DNA of 63,042 nt, filler included, from an uncultured bacterium (GTDB lineage: Bacteria; Latescibacterota; UBA2968), in the NCBI GenBank assembly GCA_964471275.1. It is 16 parts of 16 records of this genome, joined end to end, with 100 filler letters (N's around TTAATTAATTAA, not from the genome) between each part and the next. Parts side by side here need not be neighbours in the genome. Positions count along the whole stretch, not along the records: positions 29,051 to 32,896 come from CAYYGZ010000327.1; positions 32,997 to 36,745 come from CAYYGZ010000329.1; positions 36,846 to 40,570 come from CAYYGZ010000331.1; positions 40,671 to 44,390 come from CAYYGZ010000332.1; 12 more parts are not named here. One strand, given 5' to 3'. This document shows positions 31,892 through 40,829 of this stretch, piece by piece. The position numbers were made by a program, and so were the translations under genes. Below the pieces are notes generated by a model. It ran no database searches. It was not told the origin of the DNA and saw only the letters and a list, made by a program, of their open reading frames with translations. Numbering within the stretch: position 1 is the first letter of the stretch; every line of letters begins with the position of its first letter.

Positions 31892-32737
31892 ATGAAGCTG
31901 GTTATTACAGGTGCATCAGGCTACGTCGCAGGTCGAATGCTTGCAGATCTGCGTGAACGTTACGATGTGGCCCTGCTGGATGTCAAGACGACGAATCGAG
32001 CAGGGGATGAAATAGACGGGATTGTGATCGCGAATCTTCTGGATGAGGATCGAGATTCATACCGCGAACACTTCAGAGGCGCCGACGCGGTTCTGCATTG
32101 TGGGTTCACCAGATCGGATACGCCGGAGAGACGGTTTCTTGCTGAGCACGACAACATCAAGATGGCTTACAATGTCTACCAGACGTGTGTCGAGGAGGAT
32201 GTTAGACGGGCGATCGTGATCAGCTCCAATCACGCTGCTGACTACTACGAAAACCTGATTTGGTCTGATCGGATGGAATATGTGAGCCCGGATATGGTTC
32301 CGCTCTCGGACAATTTCTACGGCTGGGCGAAAGCGAGCTATGAACTGCTCGGATTCGCTTTCGCAACAGGAAACGTAAACAAGGGGAAGAAGCTGGAGAT
32401 GGTCCAGTTGAGGATCGGCGGTCCTCGGGAAATAGACATCGAGCGGGCATCAGCGGATGATCTCAAGAAGCTACATCGCGGGCTGGGCGCTTATCTCAGC
32501 CAGAGAGATCAGATACAGCTCGTGGTGAAAAGCCTTGAGACTGAAAACATCGATGATGAGAATGGCGTTCCGTTCCAGATTTTTTACGGAATCAGCGGGA
32601 ATTCGCACAACTTCTGGAGTCTCGCGAATGCAAAACGCGTGATCGGGTATCAGCCGGAGGACAACAGCGCGATAAAGTTTGCGAAACGAATTACGGAGAT
32701 CCTGGAAGCGGCACAGAAGAGGGCCTACGGCAACTAG
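31892..32737 (+). CDS. NAD-dependent epimerase/dehydratase (uronate dehydrogenase-like SDR)
   Basis: TGASGYVA, SSNHA, YGWAK, LRIG. Confidence 0.88.
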   Translation: MKLVITGASGYVAGRMLADLRERYDVALLDVKTTNRAGDEIDGIVIANLLDEDRDSYREHFRGADAVLHCGFTRSDTPERRFLAEHDNIKMAYNVYQTCVEEDVRRAIVISSNHAADYYENLIWSDRMEYVSPDMVPLSDNFYGWAKASYELLGFAFATGNVNKGKKLEMVQLRIGGPREIDIERASADDLKKLHRGLGAYLSQRDQIQLVVKSLETENIDDENGVPFQIFYGISGNSHNFWSLANAKRVIGYQPEDNSAIKFAKRITEILEAAQKRAYGN

Positions 32738-33016
32738 CTGCAGAACGGCAGACCAGGGGCGACGTGGATGGCTCCCGTCTGTACCGGGAATCACCGGAGG
32801 TGGGCTGCAGGTTATGTTACTCCTGAAGACTGTGTGCAATCTACGTGGCTACCCAGAGGACCTTACTCCCGACAGGTTATGAATAATAGGTGGAGGNNNN
32901 NNNNNNNNNNNNNNNNNNNNNNNNNNNNNNNNNNNNNNNNTTAATTAATTAANNNNNNNNNNNNNNNNNNNNNNNNNNNNNNNNNNNNNNNNNNNNGAGA
33001 CCATAGGAGATCAACT

Positions 33017-33916
33017 GTGATTCCGATCGTCGATACACATCAACATCTGTGGGACCTGAATGTTTTGAGCCTGCCCTGGCTCGAAGATGTGCCCGAGTTG
33101 GCCGGTGAGCACGTGCTGAGCACCTATGCGGCAGCGTCCGAAGGATTCGAGGTCGATCAGACCGTCTACATGGAAGTCGATGTGTCGCTCGATCAGGTCG
33201 AGACAGAACGTGATTACGTGTTCGGGCTGTGTGATACGGATGACAATCCGATGACCGGCGCAACGTTGCGTGGACGGCCCGGTACCGAAGGATTTGTGGG
33301 GTGGGTCAACGGTTTGGCCGAGGATTCGCGCGCCAAGGGCTTCCGGCAGGTCATCCACCCTCCCGATTTCCCGCCCAATTACTGTCTTCAGGACGCGTTC
33401 GTAGACGACGTGCGTCTTTTGGGAAGCATTGATAAGCATTTCGACATCTGTATTCGACCAGGAGATCTGGGTTCGGCGTTGGGCCTGGCGAAGCTGTGCC
33501 CGGACACGCGATTCGTGTTGGATCATTGCGGGAATGCGCATCCAGAGATCGTCAACGGGAGCCTTTCTGAGAATGATTACGATCGAGACGATGTCTACTG
33601 GCACGAGGCGGATCAATGGAAGCGTGACATCGATTCACTGGGCAGGCAGGGAAATGTGGTGTGTAAGATCTCCGGCGTAATCGCGCGACTGCCCGAAGGG
33701 AAGAACGCAACCGAGTGCCTGATGGATACAGTGAATCACTGTCTGGATTCATTCGGGCCGGATCGGGTGGTCTTCGGGAGTGATTGGCCGGTTTGTACGC
33801 TCGGCGCGCCATACAAGGTGTGGGTAGATGCGTTGAAGGAGATCATTGCGGGGCGATCGGGAGACGAGCAGAGGAAGTTGCTGCACGGCAACGCGGTGGT
33901 GTTTTACGGGTTGTAG
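33017..33916 (+). CDS. Amidohydrolase_2 family protein (lactonase-like)
   Basis: DTHQHLW, LDHCG, CKISG, FGSDWPV. Confidence 0.9.
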   Translation: MIPIVDTHQHLWDLNVLSLPWLEDVPELAGEHVLSTYAAASEGFEVDQTVYMEVDVSLDQVETERDYVFGLCDTDDNPMTGATLRGRPGTEGFVGWVNGLAEDSRAKGFRQVIHPPDFPPNYCLQDAFVDDVRLLGSIDKHFDICIRPGDLGSALGLAKLCPDTRFVLDHCGNAHPEIVNGSLSENDYDRDDVYWHEADQWKRDIDSLGRQGNVVCKISGVIARLPEGKNATECLMDTVNHCLDSFGPDRVVFGSDWPVCTLGAPYKVWVDALKEIIAGRSGDEQRKLLHGNAVVFYGL

Positions 33917-33970
33917 GAAAGGCGGAGAAAGCGGAGAGAGCAGGTCGAGGAGAGGGTCCAGAACGGGTAG

Positions 33971-33998
33971 GGATCCTTCGGCGATGCCTCAGGATGAC
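33971..33998. repeat. REP-like palindromic half-element
   Basis: GGATCCTTCGGCGATGCCTCAGGATGAC resembles the GATCCTTCG...CTCAGGATGAC intergenic repeat class. Confidence 0.4.
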
Positions 33999-34013
33999 GG
34001 GAGTGACACGGCT

Positions 34014-35456
34014 GTGGAAACAGAGACCAGGATTGTGATGAACGATGGTGTTCGGTTGGATGCGACGGTTTGCACACCGGCAGGTGAGCAGCCGGAGGGC
34101 GGCTGGCCGAGTGTCCTTCTCATTCACGGTCACGGAGATGCCGCCAGCAAGGCGAGTTCGATTCCTCGTGGTCGACGGCTGGCGGAGCGCGGCTACCTGA
34201 CGGTCAGCTACAGCGTTCGGGGGCAGGGGGAGTCAGAAGGGCTTGTCCATCATATGGGCGCACGTGAGGTTTTCGATCTGCAGGATGTGGTTGGTTGGGT
34301 GCTCAGAGACCAACCCGTGCATCCTGAGAAACTCGGTGTTGCCGGAAGTTCGCAGGGCGGATGGCACGCGTATATGGCCGCCGCGCATTGCCCGCAGGTT
34401 GCGACGGTCGTTCCGGAGAACATATTCACACATTTTGATGAATTCGCGGTACACAACGGCTGTCTGACAAAGTGGTTTTTCACACGAACGATGCGTCGGC
34501 GGATCTTGACGGCAGGGCTGCAGGAGATGTCGCGCCAGTGGGCATTGAGCGGAGACTGGTTCCGGATCCGCGAAGCCGTGAATGCGACATCACCGATCCA
34601 CTTTGCCGACCGGATCACGTGCCCTGTGTTTATCGTCCACGGATGGCACGATGTGGGGATGCCACCGAACGAAGCCCTGGATATGTTCGATCGCCTGGAT
34701 GTGCCCAAGAAGCTCTACCTTGGGGGCGGGGGGCACGACGGCCTGGATTCCCCGGAGGCCCAGAAACTGCGGGAAGACTTGGTAGACAGGTGGCTGGACC
34801 ACTGGCTGAAGAACGAAGACAATGGGATTATGGATGAGCCGGTGATCACCTATACACGGCGGCCCGGTTGGGAACACGCCGGGACAGAGGCCATACCCGC
34901 ATCGCATACTGAAACGCAGACGCTCTTTCTTCGGTCCGATGGATCACTTAGCGAAGTGGCACCGGACAGTGCCGATACGCACGCGAATATCAACAATGTG
35001 CCCCTCGACGATCAGTATGGTCTGGCAGGTGCGCTCAATGACGATCTGGAGGGTGTTCCAAAAGCGCTCAAGTACGAGGTCGTTTCATTCGAATCAGCAC
35101 CGATGGATGCAGCTCACGAGATTCTGGGGACCTGTCGTTTCGACTTCCACACGATGCCAAATCGTGCGGTGCTGCAAGTAAACGCAGAGCTTCTTGATGT
35201 CGCTCCTGATGGCGCGACGACGCTGATTACGCGCAGCCAGTGGGGAACGCGAACCGCTGAGCCCGGCAGATATCTACGGGTCGCATTCGATGCCCGTACG
35301 ATCGGCTATGTCGTATCAGCGGGTCACCGGATACGGCTGAGCGTTAGCAACTACGATCACGAGTACGCTGTCCCATACTTCGAGCCGTTCATCGCACGGT
35401 TATACCATGACAACAGTCGATCTTCGGTCGTTACCTTACCCTTTCGGACGACTTGA
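34014..35456 (+). CDS. CocE/NonD family alpha/beta hydrolase (Xaa-Pro dipeptidyl-peptidase-like)
   Basis: MNDGVRLDA, RGQGESEG, GSSQGG nucleophile, HGWHD, RWLDHWLK, C-terminal GHRIRL; alternative start 33984. Confidence 0.88.
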   Translation: METETRIVMNDGVRLDATVCTPAGEQPEGGWPSVLLIHGHGDAASKASSIPRGRRLAERGYLTVSYSVRGQGESEGLVHHMGAREVFDLQDVVGWVLRDQPVHPEKLGVAGSSQGGWHAYMAAAHCPQVATVVPENIFTHFDEFAVHNGCLTKWFFTRTMRRRILTAGLQEMSRQWALSGDWFRIREAVNATSPIHFADRITCPVFIVHGWHDVGMPPNEALDMFDRLDVPKKLYLGGGGHDGLDSPEAQKLREDLVDRWLDHWLKNEDNGIMDEPVITYTRRPGWEHAGTEAIPASHTETQTLFLRSDGSLSEVAPDSADTHANINNVPLDDQYGLAGALNDDLEGVPKALKYEVVSFESAPMDAAHEILGTCRFDFHTMPNRAVLQVNAELLDVAPDGATTLITRSQWGTRTAEPGRYLRVAFDARTIGYVVSAGHRIRLSVSNYDHEYAVPYFEPFIARLYHDNSRSSVVTLPFRTT

Positions 35457-35622
35457 GGGATTGGATTCGTAGCCACCTGGTGACTTGAAATCGATGGTTA
35501 ACTGCAAGAGGCCCTTACCGCCAAGAGCCACCGGGTCGGCACGGAAGTTGAGTCACGGGAATCGAAGAGGCCAACACATCAGGACATTACGCGGCCCAGT
35601 GGCCGTAACCGAAGCACTAACC

Positions 35623-35648
35623 TGCCCAGTGTCATAATGGTGTTGACA
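35623..35648 (+). mobile_element. IS481-like terminal inverted repeat remnant
   Basis: TGCCCAGTGTCATAATGGTGTTGACA matches the reverse complement of 40694..40719 at 24/26 positions. Confidence 0.65.
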
Positions 35649-35668
35649 TATTGAGCCAGTGAATAGGG

Positions 35669-36592
35669 TTGATTTGGGATCGCTGCTTTCTCTACACGCT
35701 GTTGGCGACACGGTCTCGAATCCGGATCTGTCTCAGCCCTGGAACGGGGCGATCGCCGGTAGCCTGGCTGAAGAACTCACTGACCGATGATGCCTTCTAC
35801 GGCGTGCGAAGACGAGTATCTGAAGCGCTGCGCGCACTGACATCATCTTTGAGTCAGCCGGACGCCCGAGTAAGGGAGCAGGTCGTGCGTGATATCGGAC
35901 GGTTCTATCATCCTGAGGCTGAACGTGCGAGCAAACGGGTTGTGGCAAGTGAGAAGAACCCCATGACCCTGCGTTGTGCTCGCCGGAGTCTGGCCAAGTA
36001 TCGGAGTACCGGGGCAAAGACCGCGATCGCGTCGGCACTGAAATCCGAGTCCTACAGAGACTACCAGGCATACTATGCACAGGAAGCGATCCCGATTCTC
36101 GACGATCCATCTCTGAGCGGTGAACTGATCCGCTTCCTCGCCCGCAAAGATCGGAAGATCCCGGGTGTCTGGTTCGGGAACGGTCTGGTGGCCCTGGGTC
36201 GCCTGAACAGGAATCAGGAGAATAAGGGCAAGGTTCGCCGGTTTATTGCCTCATTTACGAACGATCCGAATACGTGAATACAGAGAGGCGCTTTGAAAGC
36301 GCTTGGGTTGCTCGAAGATCCGAAGGCGATCCAAATTGTCGCAGGCTTCACTCGCGGGGACGACAGTCGAAAGGGAGCTGTGAAGAAGGCCGCGCAGGCC
36401 GCGTTGAAGAAGCTTCGAGAAGGGAAGAAGGCCTCTGTCGAGTCTAAGGAGCTGACGGATGATGTGATGAAGCTGAAGGAAAAGAACGAGAAACTGGAAG
36501 AGCAGCTGGAAGATTTGAAGAAGCAATTTAAGGCGAAATCCGATGTGGACACGAAGTCCGATGATCCCGAAGATCAGGAATCAGAAGATTAG
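35669..36592 (+). pseudogene. HEAT-repeat and coiled-coil C-terminal fragment (resembles M1 aminopeptidase C-termini) with in-frame TGA at 36275-36277
   Basis: DAFYGVR, QPDARVR, then NDPNT*IQRGALKALGLLEDPKAI in the same frame; no credible N-terminus. Confidence 0.65.
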
Positions 36593-36643
36593 GCAAAACG
36601 GCCGAGTGAACACGTTCACGTAACGAGGAACCAACGGAATTAA

Positions 36644-36745
36644 ATGAGATTATCTACCCTGTTTACTCAGACCTATCGCGAGGCCCCCGCCGATGCGGAA
36701 TTGATCAGCCACCAGCTCTCGATGCGGGCCGGGCTCATCCGGCCG
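36644..36745 (+). CDS. proS: Proline--tRNA ligase N-terminus (truncated)
   Basis: [33 protein letters not shown]. Confidence 0.88.
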
Positions 36746-37086
36746 NNNNNNNNNNNNNNNNNNNNNNNNNNNNNNNNNNNNNNNNNNNNTTAATTAATTA
36801 ANNNNNNNNNNNNNNNNNNNNNNNNNNNNNNNNNNNNNNNNNNNNGTAGCTGGGTCTTGGATTTCAGATCGGTACGGAAGCGGCCAGCAAGTGCCTGGCC
36901 GACAGCATTCTGGGGTGTGTCCATCAAATAGCCTCCTCTAAAGTCCGGGATGATTTCCGAATCCCAGAGATAGCAATCAGTGGACCACGCCCCAGAAAGC
37001 TGATAACTGTATATTTTATAATGTCTTGCTAATTCACCTCGCCAGACGATCTCCAGCATATTCTTCCACCCCGGCAAAACCTGCCA

Positions 37087-37281
37087 TCAGGCATACCGGC
37101 TGCGATTACCGCAGAGAAGTCGATATCCCAGGTAGACCAGAATGAGCGGAACGGCGAGTTTGATCAGGAACCAGAGCAGTCCAAAAGCCGTGCCGATCAA
37201 TGCGACCAGAATACTGAGCCCCGCACAGAGACCGACGAGGAGCAGAACAACGCCCAAGATTTTCGCTAACATGATGATCAC
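37087..37281 (-). CDS. Small hydrophobic membrane protein co-transcribed with pspA
   Basis: About 60 aa, two hydrophobic segments, starts immediately after the pspA stop. Confidence 0.75.
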   Translation of the reverse strand: MIIMLAKILGVVLLLVGLCAGLSILVALIGTAFGLLWFLIKLAVPLILVYLGYRLLCGNRSRYA

Positions 37282-37283
37282 CC

Positions 37284-37943
37284 CTATTTCTGGTTACTGC
37301 GACGCTTCAGCTGTTCGAGCTGCGCCGCGACCTTGCGATCCTTCGCCAGTTTGTCGATGTCCGGTTCCACACCCGTCGTGCTCGCCATCTCGGCGTAGAC
37401 CTCAGACGCAATCTCTTTCCCATCAACTTCGCTGACCAGCTTCTCGAAGTCGTCGAAGGGAGCGCTGTTCAACGACGATGGGGTCGAGATCGAATTGTGT
37501 ACTGTCTGCTTACGCGCCACAATCGTGGTCTTCCGGTTCCGAGCGCTCTCCAGTTTCGACCGAAGGTCACTCAACTGCGTCTTCAGCTTGGCTGAAGCCG
37601 GTTGGGCCTCATCGTGCGCCTTCTTCAGGTCCGCCGCGGTCGTCTCAAGTGTGACCTTTGCGTCCAGTATGTCACTCGCTGCTTCGTCGGCGCCATCACT
37701 CACGGCCTTCTCGGCATCCGACTGCAGTTTCTCGACTTCCTGCTCCGCTTTGTGAAGTCGTCGCTCGATGATCTTCTCATTCGCGATTGCCCTACTGACC
37801 TCGGCAACAGCCTGGTCAAATGCCTGCTCCATGTCCATCAACATCTGATTGACCATCTTCCGTGGGTTCTCGTTCCGACCGAGGACATCTTCGATCTCAG
37901 CCATCACGATATTCCCGATCCGTAGCAAAGCGTTCCTGGCCAT
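37284..37943 (-). CDS. pspA: PspA/IM30 family protein
   Basis: ENPRKMVNQMLMDME, long coiled coil; AAAGGAG RBS. Confidence 0.88.
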   Translation of the reverse strand: MARNALLRIGNIVMAEIEDVLGRNENPRKMVNQMLMDMEQAFDQAVAEVSRAIANEKIIERRLHKAEQEVEKLQSDAEKAVSDGADEAASDILDAKVTLETTAADLKKAHDEAQPASAKLKTQLSDLRSKLESARNRKTTIVARKQTVHNSISTPSSLNSAPFDDFEKLVSEVDGKEIASEVYAEMASTTGVEPDIDKLAKDRKVAAQLEQLKRRSNQK

Positions 37944-37990
37944 GACAGCGTCTCCTTTGATTGAAAGCCAACGTTCTGCCATCTAGACTT

Positions 37991-38006
37991 GGCAATGCCC
38001 GTGCCA
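37991..38006 (-). promoter_or_regulatory. Sigma54 -24/-12 promoter of pspA
   Basis: TGGCAC-GGGCA-TTGC on the minus strand, 47 bp upstream of the start. Confidence 0.82.
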
Positions 38007-38024
38007 CACACGCCAGAAACACCA

Positions 38025-38037
38025 TAACTCATTGATT
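38025..38037 (-). promoter_or_regulatory. IHF binding site
   Basis: AATCAATGAGTTA fits WATCAANNNNTTR, just upstream of the sigma54 box. Confidence 0.7.
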
Positions 38038-38311
38038 AATTACTTCTTACGTGTTACTGCCCGTACGAACTCTACTCTCCGAAATCGGCGTATGGCCCCA
38101 AGAAGGAGGTGAAAGACGCCAAACTGGACCAAACCCTAAGGCACGGTGGGGAATCACACAGACGTGGGTGGCCAGTCGATGCTGCCAGTTCGAATCGCAC
38201 GTACGGAGCGGTTTTGCCCCTGAAACCTGGGCAGCCCGTCAACCTACACCACGCAGAACGGCCGAAGCTCTGAAGCTCCGGCCGCCTTAGGATCGAGCTA
38301 TGAGACCTGGC

Positions 38312-39415
38312 TCAGGTCTCAGCGGCAGACATCGACCGCACAGCGTGACTGGGCTTGCCCTTCGATCTCCTCGTGTGAACCAGCTCAGCAACGACGCTGA
38401 CGGCAATCTCATCCGGATTATCGGCGCCGATGGCCAACCCGATCGGTGCGTGAACGCGATCGAGCTGCTCGTCCGGTATCCCCTCTGCCGCCAGTTCCTG
38501 CCACATCAGGGCAATCTTCCTGCGACTCCCGATCATCCCGATATATGCAGCTTCCGTCCCGACCGCTTGCCGGACAATCGGCTTGTCGTGTTGATGCCCG
38601 CGTGTGACCGCACAGAGATACGACAGATCATCGATCTTGAGTTCTTTGAAGGCTGATTCCAGGTCGAGCGTCAGCGTTTCATCTGCCATCGGGAAGCGCT
38701 CTTTGTTCGCAAACATTGGTCGATCGTCGACCACGACGATCCGGAATCCCACGGTTGCGGCAATGCGAGCGATCGCTACGGAGACGTGCCCCCCCCCCAA
38801 CAGATACAGTGTGGGTTCCGGACAGATCGACTCCAGAAAAACGCGCTGCGGTTCTCCCCCAGAATCCTCGCCGCCGTCGAGAACTTCTAGCAAATCTTCG
38901 GAAATCCGGCCCAGTTCATCGAGCGTAGCCCGAACGATAGACTCGACCTCAGGGTCGCCCAGAGATCCCATCGTGGTTCCATCCTCACGAATCAGCATCT
39001 TTGACGCCGATGCCTCGCCGGAGGATATCCGGGTCGCCAGAACAGCGGATTCGCGTGCCTTCCGAATCCGTGCGATCTCCTTGAACATCTCCTCGGCGTC
39101 AGTCTTTTCCAGCGGCTCGGTAAAGATCTCGACATTGCCGCCACAGTTGAGGCCGCTGTCTCCTGCGTGTTTTTCCGTCAGGACAAACTTCTGCAGCGAA
39201 GACTCACCGGCTTCCATCACGTCGCGGGCCTCCGCCCACACATCCGCCTCCAAGCAGCCGCCGCCGACCGTACCGATGATCTCCCCATCGGTTCTCACGA
39301 GCATCTTGGCCTTCTTGCTCATCGGCAAGGAACCCTTGCTCGCAACAATCGTCGACAGTGCCGCCGTTTCGCCGGCTGCCATCAATTTCAAAGCTTCCTC
39401 GAAAACGTCCTTCAT
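38312..39415 (-). CDS. XdhC/CoxF family molybdoenzyme maturation protein
   Basis: GTVGGGCLEA, GLNCGG, GGGHV, DDRP, TRGH, YIGMIGSRRK, APIGL. Confidence 0.92.
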   Translation of the reverse strand: MKDVFEEALKLMAAGETAALSTIVASKGSLPMSKKAKMLVRTDGEIIGTVGGGCLEADVWAEARDVMEAGESSLQKFVLTEKHAGDSGLNCGGNVEIFTEPLEKTDAEEMFKEIARIRKARESAVLATRISSGEASASKMLIREDGTTMGSLGDPEVESIVRATLDELGRISEDLLEVLDGGEDSGGEPQRVFLESICPEPTLYLLGGGHVSVAIARIAATVGFRIVVVDDRPMFANKERFPMADETLTLDLESAFKELKIDDLSYLCAVTRGHQHDKPIVRQAVGTEAAYIGMIGSRRKIALMWQELAAEGIPDEQLDRVHAPIGLAIGADNPDEIAVSVVAELVHTRRSKGKPSHAVRSMSAAET

Positions 39416-39520
39416 CTCACTTTATCCCTAACCAGAGTTTTACTGATTCGCCTGGATCGATCCGCCGCGGCACAGAGCCCCCGCCGCACCATCTACGCCC
39501 TCTCCCCTGCCCCCCACGAC

Positions 39521-40570
39521 TTATCTCCAGACTGACCTCAACGTCTTCGCAAGTTCGATCAGACTCTCGAGGTTGTGAGCAGCCATGAAGTAATCCAGGT
39601 AGGGAAGCGCGGTCTTCATTCCCAGACAGAGAGGCTGGTATCCCGGGCTACCGAGCAGCGGATTCAGCCACATCAGCTTGTGGACGCGCCTTCGAAGCCG
39701 CTCCATCTCCTGCCGCATCAGCCCGGTATCGCCTCGATCCCATCCATCGCTGACGATCATCATCACGGTCTTGGATCGCAGCATGTCACGAGCGAAAAAA
39801 TCGTTGAATTCGCGTATGCAACTACCGATATCCGTACCGCCCGCCCAATCGTGGACCTCGTCGGCTACTTCACGCAGAGACTCCTCGACGCTCTTCGTCT
39901 TCAAGAGCCGCGAGATTACCGTCATCCGCGTCGAGAATACGCCAACCTCGACATCGGGAATCTCACGCTTGATGGCGTAGATGAACTGGATCAGGAAGCG
40001 GCTGTAGCAGTCCATCGACCCGCTGACGTCACAGAGGACCATCAGCTTCGTCTTCTTGATTTTCTTTCGTCGCTTCGCCAGTTGTACACCGTCCGGTCCC
40101 ATCGCAGCGTTCTTCCGCCAGGTCCGTCGGAAATCGATCTCGAGGCCCCGGTTTTCCGGGATGCGCCGACGGCTCCGACGATTCGCGATGATGTTCACGA
40201 TCTCGGCGATCACCTTCCGGGCTTGCTCGATCTCCTTGTCAGACATCGCGGCGAGATCCTTCTTAAGCAGCATCTCGTCTGGGCTCCAGCCGGGCTCATC
40301 GGAATCATCCTCACCCTCCGCAGAATCATCTTCCTGCTGTGTACTGTCCGGATCCTCACCGCCTTCCTCGAGCATATCTATCAGATCCGCGTCATCAACT
40401 TCCTGCGGAACATCCATCTCGAGTTGCTCGATCGGCATCCCCCAGAAAGAGTTGAACACACCGTCAAACGTCTCCAGATCATCAAAACGTGAGACGAGCG
40501 TCGCTCTGGCGGCAGAGTAGAAGTCGAGCCGATTTTCCAGGTGGATGTGTGCAAGGCTGTGGCAAAGATC
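39521..40570 (-). CDS. CoxE-like VWA domain protein (5' truncated)
   Basis: CDVSGSM MIDAS, WAGGTDIG, SDGWD, WLNPL. Confidence 0.9.
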   Translation of the reverse strand, partial: DLCHSLAHIHLENRLDFYSAARATLVSRFDDLETFDGVFNSFWGMPIEQLEMDVPQEVDDADLIDMLEEGGEDPDSTQQEDDSAEGEDDSDEPGWSPDEMLLKKDLAAMSDKEIEQARKVIAEIVNIIANRRSRRRIPENRGLEIDFRRTWRKNAAMGPDGVQLAKRRKKIKKTKLMVLCDVSGSMDCYSRFLIQFIYAIKREIPDVEVGVFSTRMTVISRLLKTKSVEESLREVADEVHDWAGGTDIGSCIREFNDFFARDMLRSKTVMMIVSDGWDRGDTGLMRQEMERLRRRVHKLMWLNPLLGSPGYQPLCLGMKTALPYLDYFMAAHNLESLIELAKTLRSVWR

Positions 40571-40670
40571 NNNNNNNNNNNNNNNNNNNNNNNNNNNNNN
40601 NNNNNNNNNNNNNNTTAATTAATTAANNNNNNNNNNNNNNNNNNNNNNNNNNNNNNNNNNNNNNNNNNNN

Positions 40671-40719
40671 GGAGATCAAAGGAGGACCTGAAGTGTCAAC
40701 ACCATTACGACACTGGACA
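40671..40719 (+). mobile_element. IS481-like right end at contig edge
   Basis: 26-bp TGTCAACACCATTACGACACTGGACA ending in ACA; related inverted copy at 35623. Confidence 0.65.
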
Positions 40720-40761
40720 ACCTAGAGGGCGATTGCGGTTTGATAACTTCTGCACACACAA

Positions 40762-40792
40762 AGGGCCCGTCGAATTGGATTCGACGGGCCCT
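40762..40792 (-). terminator. Intrinsic terminator
   Basis: AGGGCCCGTCGAAT-TGG-ATTCGACGGGCCCT perfect 14-bp stem downstream of the 40830 gene. Confidence 0.75.
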
Positions 40793-40829
40793 CGTGATTA
40801 TGCGGTAATACGACTCGGGCTACATCCGT

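Noticed and set aside
22868..36277. Stop-codon reassignment or selenocysteine explaining the in-frame TAA (fbaA) and TGA (HEAT gene)
   Set aside because: TAA, TAG and TGA all end intact genes in this window, and neither position is a Cys-type catalytic site
38312..40570. XdhC plus CoxE as evidence of CO oxidation
   Set aside because: These accessory genes serve many molybdenum hydroxylases, and no coxL/M/S is visible
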